Of a stretch of DNA of 64,000 nt, positions 1 through 10,156 are shown one piece after another (position 1 is the first letter of the stretch; every line of letters begins with the position of its first letter). The notes beneath the pieces are model-generated. The model was given only the letters and a program-made list of their open reading frames with translations. It ran no database searches and was not told the DNA's origin. Both the position numbers and the translations under genes were made by a program. The stretch covers positions 1 to 64,000 of the forward strand of contig CBDBBG010000238.1 of NCBI GenBank assembly GCA_965202585.1, given 5' to 3'. The stretch is from Thalia democratica. Its lineage: Eukaryota.

Positions 1-190
1 GAATTGAAGTTTTTACATCTTTATTTGTTTTTTATAATTGTGTTAAATGTATCTGAATTGACATTATTATATATTAAAATTTAGGTTAAATCATTAACAG
101 AATATTAAGTTAACAAACTTTACGTCTAAAGTAAAAACTTTTATTCGGTAAACAATTAAAAAGTATGTGTTTTAGCAAAAATAAAATAAA

Positions 191-694
191 ATGGACCGAT
201 TCATTTTCGATCATGTCGAAGAATATCCTGAGCAGCAGCAAGCTGATGAACAAGCAGAACAACAGTCAGAAGATTTTGCACAATTTTTCATGCCGGTGCG
301 AAATAGAAGGCAACTCGATGCGGAAATCGCGCGAACCACTTTACGGATGCGAGCGAGAATGCAACGAACACAACATGCACGACGCATTCAGCAGCGGAGA
401 GAGAATACAACGACAAGTGGAGCAAGAAATGCAACAAGAAATTCAGCAAGAAATTATGCAGCAGAGAGGGAGTGTACCACAAGAAATGCGGCAAGAATTA
501 CAACAAGAAATGCTGGCGCGGCGCATTGTGCAGCAGAGAGAGAGAGAGAGAGAGTAGAACAAAGATTTGAAGAAGAAATACATCAGGAAATTATTAGTTT
601 ATTATATTTTATAATTCAAAACTCGCAATTAATTTGTTTTATCTTTAAAAGACAAACAGCCAATTTAAAATTAATACAAGTTAACATCTTTTAG
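191..694 (+). pseudogene. RING-less paralogue of the RING gene; open 167-aa frame but internally double-frameshifted
   Basis: N-terminus MDRFIFDHVEEYPEQQQADE aligns with MDQLNPDHVEDYAEQQQVDE, and RRI(V)QQRE modules are shared. The Q/E-rich homologous peptide is read in the +1 frame between (GA)4 at 397-404 and (AG)10 at 535-554. No RING follows. Confidence 0.6.
535..554 (+). repeat. (AG)10 microsatellite inside the paralogue ORF (same length in all five units)
   Basis: Read directly; also 14883-14902 etc. Confidence 0.95.
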
Positions 695-1004
695 TTTGTT
701 TCAAAACTTTTGTGAATTATTTCTGTCTTAAAAGTCAGTGACATAAAAATTAAAGTATAGTTAAAGTTTTTTATTTTTTTGTTATTTAAATTTAATCTTA
801 GTTTGTTGTACATGATTTATTAAGGTTTATTGTAAAAAGGAAAATAAAAACTTATGTTTTTGTTAAGGCTGTCTAAAATGGTACCAATGCATATTTTTGG
901 GTACATTGTTTGTAATTTATTAAAATAAATATTAATCGCTTTTCTGATATTTAATATATTTTGTTAAACTTTAAAATTTTAAGCTTTAACGGTTTTATCA
1001 TTTT

Positions 1005-1274
1005 TATTTAAATCTAACACACGTGTATTAAGTATTCAGTGTATACTGTTTAGTTTGTACATATAATTTTTTTTTGAATATAAAATTTAATTTGTTTGAT
1101 CTTTAGTTTTTTTGTATCAATTTGTTAAATATACTTGAGCTGTTATATTGATACATTATAGTTAAGGGTAAACTATTAAAAGAACAATATGTTATACAAA
1201 CCTTACATCTAAAGTAAAAACTTTTAGTAGGTAAAAAGTAAAAAAGTATCTTATTAAGCTGAGAATAAAACGAA
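1005..1274 (+). promoter_or_regulatory. ~270-bp upstream module of the RING gene, paralogous to 14267-14538 upstream of the RING-less gene
   Basis: Collinear blocks ATTTAAATC..ACACGT.TATTAAGT..CAGTGT, and CTAAAGTAAAAACTTTT 50-51 bp before each ATG. Regulatory function is inferred. Confidence 0.5.
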
Positions 1275-1721
1275 ATGGATCAACTCAATCCTGATCATGT
1301 CGAAGATTATGCTGAGCAGCAGCAAGTTGATGAACTGCTAGAACAATATTTCGAACCTGGTTTCGCAGTTCTACGACGTTTAATGCAACCACATATGGAA
1401 CGTGTACGACGCATTGTGCAGCAGAGAGAGCAAAAGATGATGCAACAAGAAGTACAACGTGTACGACGCATTGTGCAGCAGAGGAGAACGCAACAACCTG
1501 TTACTGGTCTGACACCCGAACGAATTGGTAGATTTGAACACTTCGCTGCAGACGAATCGTTGGTGGGCGAGCAATGCGTGGTTTGCCTCGATGACCTGAA
1601 ATGTGGCACGAGAATGGTCCGTCTGGACTGTCATGTCCCCCATTGTTTGTGCAAAACATGTACAGATGCTTGGTTTAAAGATCACAACAAATGTCCTTTA
1701 TGCAATCATGTTTTCAACTAG
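1275..1721 (+). CDS. Intronless RING-finger protein, probable E3 ubiquitin ligase (148 aa, P122 allele)
   Basis: C101-x2-C104-x14-C119-x3-H123-x2-C126-x2-C129-x10-C140-x2-C143 with W133. GLTPERIGRF segment precedes the RING. N-terminus is Q/R/E-rich. A-rich ATG context, AATAAA 57 bp after the stop, and GC content well above the flanks. Confidence 0.9.
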   Translation: MDQLNPDHVEDYAEQQQVDELLEQYFEPGFAVLRRLMQPHMERVRRIVQQREQKMMQQEVQRVRRIVQQRRTQQPVTGLTPERIGRFEHFAADESLVGEQCVVCLDDLKCGTRMVRLDCHVPHCLCKTCTDAWFKDHNKCPLCNHVFN

Positions 1722-1777
1722 AAACCGGTTTAACAGTAATATAGAATATTGGTGACAGTGCTTTTCTTGCAACAATT

Positions 1778-1783
1778 AATAAA
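1778..1783 (+). terminator. Poly(A) signal AATAAA of the RING gene (recurs in every unit)
   Basis: 57 bp after the TAG and followed by a GT/T-rich tract (TGTGAATTGTG..GTTTTGTTTTGTT). The hexamer alone is weak evidence in AT-rich DNA. Confidence 0.55.
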
Positions 1784-3131
1784 CTGTGAATTGTGAATAC
1801 GTTTTGTTTTGTTAAGTAAAATGTTATAGTTAATATAAAAGATATAAAGTATATAAAACATTAACTTCATTATTACATATGAATAACTTACTTATTTTAA
1901 CAAAAACCCATACTTATAATATAATTTTAAAAACGAACTTATTAAATATACTAAAAAATTTTGACATGTAGCACGATGAATACTTTTCTTATCAAATGTT
2001 TTAAACATTTTTTGTTTGAAAATATAAACATAGTTTAAAAACCTTGCGGTATGTAGCAATTCGTGTATTTATATGTAAAGAACTTCCAAGCTCATCCATT
2101 TTTACAATAATCTAAAACACTAGTGATCTATCTAATTTATATTTTTAAGAACTCTTTTTCATTAGGATTCACTTACTAAATAGGATTATAGGTCCAATAG
2201 ATCAATAATTTCAAGCGATCTTTAACAACTGGAATCTTAAATTATGCAACAATCATTAGAGTTACAAGAACTTATAAAAAGTTTTACAAAAATTAAATTT
2301 TAAACTACCAAAATAAAAATTAAAGTTTTTACTTTCAACTACAATAGTACTGATAATGTTTTAGTTAATAGACTAATGCTATTACAAAAAATAGAAGATC
2401 ACTAAATCTAATAATTTGTTTTATTAAAAACTATCAAATTCTTTATTACTCAAAATGCTTTAACTTTGCTATTTTACTAAAACACTGGTTCTTTTGGTAG
2501 GAACCTGTACATAAGCATTGTTCTTATCTAAACAATCATGAATAAAGTTTCAGTTTGTACTTGAATACCCAATATCTATTTAAAACTATGATTTTTCTAG
2601 TCGTTTTGTTTTCCATTTGTGACGTAAATGTATTAAAGTGAAAATATATTTAATTGTTGGATCATAGCCTACATGCTGAAAACTGCCGATCTGACACCCA
2701 GCCTATAAAGTTTTAAAAAGAACATCAACTTCACACACTTATAGTTATAAAAATTAAACATAACTCACTCATTTTCGAAAAAAGTTTATTAATCAATTTC
2801 GTTTAGCGCATGCTCAAAATAATATTGCTAAAAACTATTAATACTGTAGTGTAATTTTAGTTACATACAATGAATTTGAAAAGTCTAGCTAAAAATAGCT
2901 ACTTCATAAAGTATAAAAGTCTCTTTAGAAAAAGTTTAAAATAGAATTGAGTTATAATTAGCTAATTTGAAGTAAATTATAAGACAAAATTGCTAAAACA
3001 AAAGTATTTAAAATAGTAAATTTTTTTACCTGAAACTAAATTAAATAAAAAGCACATTACAAAATACGACAAAAACGACAACAATAATATTACTAAAAAC
3101 ACGCTATTTTTAAAGTTTTTAAATGTAATTT

Positions 3132-3615
3132 ACAATATACATGAAAATTATAACAGCTATCTGATTTGTACTATAAATTTATTTAATTTAGTCTTTATGT
3201 TTAGGAAAGCAATGAAGCGCTTTATTATGAAATGAAGTATATAATCTATTAAAAATGAAACAACAACCAATAATTAGTGAATCAATTAAGTTTATCAACG
3301 GTAAAGACAATAAAACTCACAGGAATCTTATGTAACGCGTGTTTTATATATTAAATCTTTGTAATGATAAAATCTATAAATTTAAAATTATAACAGATAA
3401 ATTTATTTTAGGTACATTTAGGAAGCTGTGACTTATATTGTCTTTACCGTTGTTAAACTTTGTTGATTTACTAATTATTGGTTGTTGTTTCATTTTTAAT
3501 ACATTATATACTACATTTCATAATAAAGCGCTTTATTGATTTCTTAACATAAAGACTAAATTAACTAACTTTATAGTACAAATTAAATAGCTGTTATAAC
3601 TTTCATATATATTGT
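3132..3615. mobile_element. Foldback/MITE-like element, ~190-bp imperfect inverted arms (3132-3322, 3426-3615) with ~103-bp spacer
   Basis: For example CAACGGTAAAGACAAT / ATTGTCTTTACCGTTG and TAAAAATGAAACAACAACCAATAATTAGT / ACTAATTATTGGTTGTTGTTTCATTTTTA. No clear TSD. Confidence 0.75.
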
Positions 3616-5461
3616 GACGAAATTATTGGACGTTTTTTGTTCAATTATTGACAACAGTAAAAAATTTGATTCATGTTTCTTTCCAATAAGGTAAGTGGTT
3701 TGTTTATATTATGATTTGTTCTTTTGTTGTGTATTTTAGTTTACTTTACTTAATCAGACTAAATAATTACGAATATTATATAATTTTATAACAATCGGAT
3801 TTAACATTAAGTATTTTACCTATTATTAACTATTAATCTGTAAAAATTTGTGGTAAGTTATTTTATTTTATTTTAATTTTAATGAAAACATGTATACACC
3901 TACTTTATTCCATGATTCTATTCTCATATTACACTAATTACTATTTACAGAACCCAGTTGAAGTGTGTTGATTAGTTAGCACACAGAAACATATGTTGGT
4001 ACAATAAAGCAAGACTATTGTATAGTAAGGTTTTAAGTATGCATTTTAATTTAGCTCAACTACTATTTGTAGTGGTATTCACTACTGTGGATTTGTTAAA
4101 GCTTCACAGTTTAGCTAATTTAGAAACAGTTTAGTTTTATAGTTGGCGGGTTGGATACTATATGCTAGCACAAGCGGCTTAAGCATTCAATATATGTAAA
4201 AAGATAATTGAGTTTGTTTTTAATATCAGATTATTTATAAAAATAAATATCAGTCACTCAAAAAAACGTTTCATCTAATCACTTTAAATATACTAAAATT
4301 ATTTCTAGTCTAAACATTAATCAAATTTAATTTCTTATAGACAGACGTTAACAGTGTTAGTTTTAAATAAAAAAGGTAATTTTAGCTCTATTTAGTCGCA
4401 ACTCTCAACTGTAAAAACCCAGAAAAAAATTGATATGATAAAAAATACAATTTTAAATGGTTGCTATAACTGTTTTATTCGTATTTATCAAAACATATAC
4501 AAGTATCCTTTGAAAGAAAAGAAAAACTGTTCTTTAGTTATTTTGTTTTAAGTTTTTTTTTACATTATTAAAAAAGTGTAATTGTTTATAACATCTATTT
4601 AGGTGATATTAACAAATCCAGAAGGGATTCATGTTAAATTAAGTATATTGTGTTGCGTAGAATATAATTTTAATGACTTTTTGTTGTTTATAGTAATATA
4701 ATTTATATGTTGAAAAAAAAAATTAAAGCGGTTTCTTTGATCAAAGCAAATTGAGTTTTATAAGTATATCCAACTTATTTCAATTTTTTTATAAATGATT
4801 TTCGTTACTTATCTAGACTCTTTCAATTGAGCTTTGTTTTACCTTAAGTTATTTTTTTCTAAATGAGCTGAAGGGGATTTGGATTAATTAAGCTTTAGCT
4901 TATTTTAGCTATTATGTTTATACTTGTTTTTTAAGTTTTAGAAACATCACCAGCATTTCCGTTTTTGTTTTAATATTTTGTTGAACCAGCCAGTAATGAA
5001 AATGATATGGGTATGAATAAAATTTGCCAAAATATCTAATTTTTCAAAACCATCTATGCCAGGAATTCTAATTTACCTGACTGGACTTTTATGTCAAATA
5101 AATCCACGTGGTTGCTTATAATGCTGATAAAATTTAAGATTATTGATTGTAATGTCTAATAAAGAATGTAAGGCTGAACTACATTAATCCCAGGCGTTTC
5201 TACATTTAAGAGACAAAGTTTAACCTTCATTTTTGTTAGACGAAATGTTTCCTTATTTGAAATTATCAACAGTATTAATATTAACCGAGAAAAAATATAC
5301 TTTAAAAAGCTTAAACTAAAAAGTTGTGATTTAAAACACACGTAAGTAAGGATATTAATGTCTTTCAAATTAATTAACAGCAAATTTATGCTTAGATATA
5401 AGACATTAGAAAGCATTGTATATGATATGCATAAATAAACCTTGTAGACCAAAACTTTGGC

Positions 5462-5491
5462 TTTCACTTTTAAATTAAACATATCTGTTAA
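5462..5491 (+). repeat. 30-bp exact direct repeat, second copy at 6009-6038
   Basis: TTTCACTTTTAAATTAAACATATCTGTTAA read at both positions. Confidence 0.9.
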
Positions 5492-5633
5492 GTTTCTGTC
5501 TAAGTGGCATAAACCTTCCACATACACTGTTCCTTAGATATACTACTTACAAAAGTATATGGTTCTCTACCATTAAGAATGCAATGTACCAACATTAGTA
5601 ACATACTTTGCACAACCATTGTTTTTCTCTATA

Positions 5634-5748
5634 AAGCCTAACGACGTTTAAATCTCAGTAAGTAATCTACTAGTGTAACTCAAACAAATAATAAACTATT
5701 CCTGTATCATTTTAGAGCCTTAAATAATTCATAGAGTAACCGGCACTG
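5634..5748 (-). mobile_element. hAT-like terminal fragment (CAGTGCCGG.. on minus strand), inverted homologue of 13063-13176
   Basis: 27-bp perfect inverted core at 5718-5744 / 13067-13093. Similarity extends ~115 bp and decays away from the CAG end. Recurs in each unit. Confidence 0.55.
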
Positions 5749-6365
5749 AAGTAATGTAAATTGAAATTAATTAAGTAATTATTTTCCAATAATGGACAAA
5801 ACATGAAAAAAAGTTAAGAACCGGTGGTTTCAAGTATAATTAAATACTAAACTAAGAATTTATTTGCAGTTTATGAGACTTGGTAACTTGAATTGATATA
5901 ACTTTTTGAATATATTTATAGAATGATACTGATAAAGTAAACTACAACGTAAAACTGTTGTGTTACTTTCAATAATTCGAATTTCTTACAGATTTATACT
6001 TTTAAACATTTCACTTTTAAATTAAACATATCTGTTAATAACACTAAAACTCTGTTCAGTCTTTACTTAAACTTGAGCTAAAAAAGAATTAAATTACTTA
6101 ACAACATGCAATAGAAACAAAACAATAAAGCTAAGGCTTGTTTGAATAATAACATAAATTAGATAGAAGACTTTTATAGGTAAACTAACTGGTATGTACA
6201 ACTAGTAAACTTGTGAGACAAAATACAATAGAATGATATTAATAAACCAAATTACAACAAGTGAAGTGTTACATATAGAATAATAAATTGATTGTTTACT
6301 CCAAAACTATACTAAATTAGAATATGTTTTTTTCAGCAGTTGATCAATGTTACAAAAACAAACAT

Positions 6366-6646
6366 TTGAACTAAAACAAAGATTAAAGGTGAAATCAAAA
6401 ATACAGCGGAGATATTTGTTGTGAACATAGCTCGAGTACTAGTACCTGCTAACTTTTTTAATTTCTAACTCTCATCATGCAAATAGATACAAGTTTGAAA
6501 GGTATTTGAAACAACCAAGTAGTTTAAAATCAAAGCTTTGAAGTTTTAAAGCTCCATTTTGCTTATTTTTTATCGTTTTTATAAAGTGTTTGGTGTTTTT
6601 TAGCATAAAATTTTCTGTCAGAAACGATGGAAATGTTTATTTTCAA
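6366..6646 (+). repeat. ~280-bp diverged internal duplication, copy A
   Basis: Collinear with 7482-7756. Exact blocks ACAAGTTTGAAAGGTATTTGAAACAAC (27 bp) and AAATCAAAGCTTTGAAGTTTTAAAG (25 bp). Confidence 0.9.
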
Positions 6647-7481
6647 GTATTTGTAAGTTAAAAAAAAAAAAGAAAAAAAAATCCAAAAAAAATTATACTT
6701 GTTTATTATCATTCAATTTTGTTGGTTAAAATTTGCATATTTTTAATGATATTGTAATTTGCTTTAAATTAATTTTGTTTTCAACTTAAGTAGCTTTAAA
6801 AAGACCATTATACTTTATTTTTACAGCTCATTACAAACTGCTTTACTCCTATAATAAGATATAAAATGTTTTCGGTTGTTAAAAGTAAATCAAAAAAAGT
6901 TTTAGAGCAAATAAATGCAAGGTATGTAAAAAATAGAAAATGTAATAAGCAAAATGAAAAAAACACAAACATTAAAAAACTTTTGGCTAAATAAGGTTAT
7001 GTTTAAAACTAAAATTTGTTACAACAACTGCATTAATTTCAACTGTGAAGTATGAAATGTAAATGTCAAAATAGGTTATGTAAAACCTAATATAGTTTTA
7101 ATGACTACATTTGGTATGGGTTTGATTTAAAAGCTAATTTTATTTGTAGAAAATATCAATATAATTTGTTCTTTAACAGTTTTTTTTTATTGATTCATTA
7201 GTTATTTTGCTATGTCTTAAACATAGTTTGTAAAGTTAAGTTAAACCTCAATGTTTTTTTAAATGATTATTAAGGTGTTTATTACTCATGATCTCATTAA
7301 AACTAGAGTGAAGTATTAATTTAAAAATAAATAAACAAGTCAATAAGTTTGTATAGTAAGTTACATAAACTTAATGTTAATCTCAAGTTTATGGTTATTA
7401 TATTAAATTAAAGTTTGAATAGAAACAATTAATTTCACTTATACATATTTTTTTAAGCAATAAATGAGCTAATATAAACCT

Positions 7482-7756
7482 TTAACTGAAACAAAAATTT
7501 TAAAGTGAAATTAAAAACATAGCAGAGATATTTGCGATGAACATAGTTTGAGTACTAATACCTGCTAACTGTTTTTAACTAATATCATGCAAATAGAAAC
7601 AAGTTTGAAAGGTATTTGAAACAACTAAGTAGTGTGAAATCAAAGCTTTGAAGTTTTAAAGATTTATTTTGCTTATTTTTCATCGTTTTTATGAAGTGTT
7701 TGGTGTTTTTTGAAGCAGAATTTTGTACTGAAAACGATGGTAAAACTTATTTTTGA
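7482..7756 (+). repeat. ~280-bp diverged internal duplication, copy B
   Basis: Collinear with 6366-6646. Confidence 0.9.
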
Positions 7757-8167
7757 AAAAAACAAGGTTTGAAAAAGTTACAGCTAAAAGTTGAAAATTA
7801 GCTTTAAACTGTCAAAGCGAGAGAAGAGAGGCCTCGTGAATGTCACCAAGTGAATTTTTTGCACAAAGTTTTTATTTATTACGTAATTATACAAAAAATC
7901 AGTTTGCAGAAATTTCTAAAAAATTGCAATTCATTTTAGAAAAGTTTTCTTGGAAGTTGTAGGTCATCAAATTTTTACTTTAACTTTCTTCACATATGTA
8001 TTTCTAGAGTTTACCTTTTATATGTTTCTTTAAGTAATAAAAGGAACTTAAAGTACAAGCACATACAATTCCAAACCAATGACATAGTATGAAAAAATCA
8101 ATAAAACTTAAAACTTGAACTGTTTATGCTTGAATAAAAAAGAAAACAAAACAAATCTACATCATCT

Positions 8168-8590
8168 TGTCAAAGTTATTTAAATCAACAGTCTTCTAGT
8201 TTATTATGATAATCAAGTGTATTATTATATTTTGTTCACAACTTCAAAGAAAAGTCTTTACCTGTATGTTGTCAAAGTTATTTAAATCAACAGTCTTCTA
8301 CTTTATTGTGATAATCATGTATTTTATTTTGTTTTTGTTCACAACTCAACAGAAAAGTCTTTACCTGTATGTTGAAAAATTGTCTTAAATCAACAGACTT
8401 CTACTTTATTCTGATAATCATGTTTTTTTTTTCTTTTTGTTCACAACTCCAATGAAAAGTCTCTACCTGTATGTTGAAAAAATGTCTTAAATCAACAGAC
8501 TTCTACTTGATTATGACAAGCATGTGTATTATTATCTTATTGTTCACAACTTTAAAGAAAAGTGTTTACCTGTATGTTGAAAAAGTGTCA
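8168..8590 (+). repeat. Minisatellite, 102-103-bp period, 4 full copies plus a partial
   Basis: Units start at 8168, 8270, 8373, 8475 and 8578. Conserved TTAAATCAACAG, TGTTCACAACT and TACCTGTATGTTG. Confidence 0.92.
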
Positions 8591-8822
8591 TTTGTTTGAT
8601 TTACTTTACATTCATAAACTCACTAAAAAGTCTTATGTTGAGCAGAAACAAAATGGCCATCTATATTCAAGTGCTAGATCAATCATCTTTCTAAATCTTA
8701 ATCAATACTCAAATACTGCTAACTATTTTGGTGAACCAAGTCATTTCTTGGACTATTGCAGCTCTAAGTGAGGTTAGTTTTTTGTTAATTAAGATAGATA
8801 AATTTAATGCAAGATTATTTTT

Positions 8823-9082
8823 CAGGGTTGCCAAGCACCTAATGTTTCAGTATACTCAGGTGTTTTCTCAATTTTAAATACTTAAAAATTACTTGTTTAA
8901 TTAAATTTTATTTGTAAACATAGAACATCATTAATATAATTTGGTGCTCAAACTCAATTGATATCAAGTAAATGTAAAGTACATAATGCATTAACAGCTT
9001 CTGCTGCCTAGTTTCTAATTATATTTAAATTATGCTGAATTTCACAAGAGTACAGTTTTTGAATTAAAGACTGGCAACCCTG
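8823..9082. mobile_element. 260-bp hAT-type MITE
   Basis: Perfect 11-bp TIRs CAGGGTTGCCA / TGGCAACCCTG. The 8-bp flanks TTATTTTT and GTATTCAT match at only 5/8 (eroded TSD). No coding capacity. Confidence 0.75.
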
Positions 9083-9953
9083 GTATTCATATTGTTATTA
9101 ATTTTTTAAGTAAATGTTTTATTATTATGTTTTTATCCACTAGTCAATTAAAGCAATAGTGTAAAATTTTTCTTTATAAGTGACATATTTCATTATATAT
9201 AAACATATAAGAACACAAACAACATTTAGACAGCATGATCAACTGACTGGTGCTTAGTTGGTGTTTTTGTATGTTTATATAACTAAGTTAGATAAAATTC
9301 TGGTTTGTTTCAGTTAGTTGTAGTGATTATAATTAAAAGTGGTAATAAAATTCAATGTTTAAATATACTATAAGATTGATAATCATTAAGTGGTTATTAT
9401 AGTTGACAGAATTGTGATAAATGAACTGTAACTAGCTGACAAAACCAGACTGTTGCCTGACTATATATGATGTTTGTAAAAAGACTATGTTGTATAGACA
9501 TGATAGACTTAATTTTGAGGAACACTAATAATACTTCAAAATAGTCTTTGTCTGGAATTTCTATTGTGACATTATAAACTAACATAGGTGTTTATTTTAT
9601 CTCAAACTTGATACTATGTATTGTGCAGCATTATTTCCAAGTGTTTTTTAGTAGTTTCATCATTCATACTAGTAGATAGTGTCACAGTAAAGACTCAAAA
9701 CAAAGAATATTTTGATAATTAATAAAAGTTTGTTTTTTATACAGTACACAAGAATGTTAACTATTTTATTTAAACAAACTCTGTCAAAAACTGTATAAAA
9801 AATAAAATCACTAATATTCCTTTTGAATATTTTATAACATTGTGTAGTAACTCAAGTGGTACTGTATTTTATTGGTTAAACAATATAGTTTTAGACAGTG
9901 ATTGTTTAAATTTAAATATGTTAGTAATTAGACAAGGTAAGTTAAGCCATATT

Positions 9954-10156
9954 TTAAGTGGATCGGCTGCAGTTGTAAGGCTTTGTATAATAACATTATG
10001 AGGTGAAGTGATAATACAGCTTAGTATTAAAAACAATTACCAAATTACATAAAAATAAAATGAGAAACAAGTTTTATTACTTCAAACTTAAAATCAGTAA
10101 AACTGTAATATATTAGCCAATCAGAAGCGACGTTATAACTGCAGCCGGACCTTAGA
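9954..10156. mobile_element. ~200-bp degenerate MITE with TTAA-like flanks (Kolobok-like, tentative)
   Basis: Inverted repeat CGGCTGCAGTTGTAA (9964-9978) / TTATAACTGCAGCCG (10133-10147), 14/15 match. TTAA on the left, TAGA on the right. Confidence 0.5.

Noticed and set aside
165-557. 130-aa ORF as an independent gene
   Set aside because: Its N-terminal part is the off-frame reading of the 191 ORF and its upstream DNA. Only the part after ~404 is meaningful, as the frameshifted middle of the paralogue.
288-1685. Minus-strand ORFs 288-494, 1307-1609 and 1380-1685 (and copies)
   Set aside because: Antisense shadows of Q/R/E-rich, GC-richer coding DNA, with no recognisable motif.
2322-2335. Third, inverted AAAGT-N4-ACTTT palindrome as the promoter of a minus-strand gene
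   Set aside because: No ORF at the expected ~50-bp distance, and the motif is likely by chance in AT-rich DNA.
4940-5527. 123-aa minus ORF and adjacent stop-interrupted frames as a decayed transposase or reverse transcriptase
   Set aside because: Composition is typical of AT-rich noise (L/I/K/N/F) and I could not recognise any catalytic motif. A frameshift-aware HMM search would settle it.
8168-8590. CRISPR array
   Set aside because: Whole 102-bp units are homologous with no unique spacers, there are no cas genes, and the context is eukaryotic.
8206-8771. 60-aa and 69-aa plus ORFs
   Set aside because: They derive wholly or partly from the minisatellite (102-bp period is a codon multiple) and have no domain.
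9397-9585. 62-aa minus ORF
   Set aside because: Short, no motif, and neighbouring frames are full of stops.
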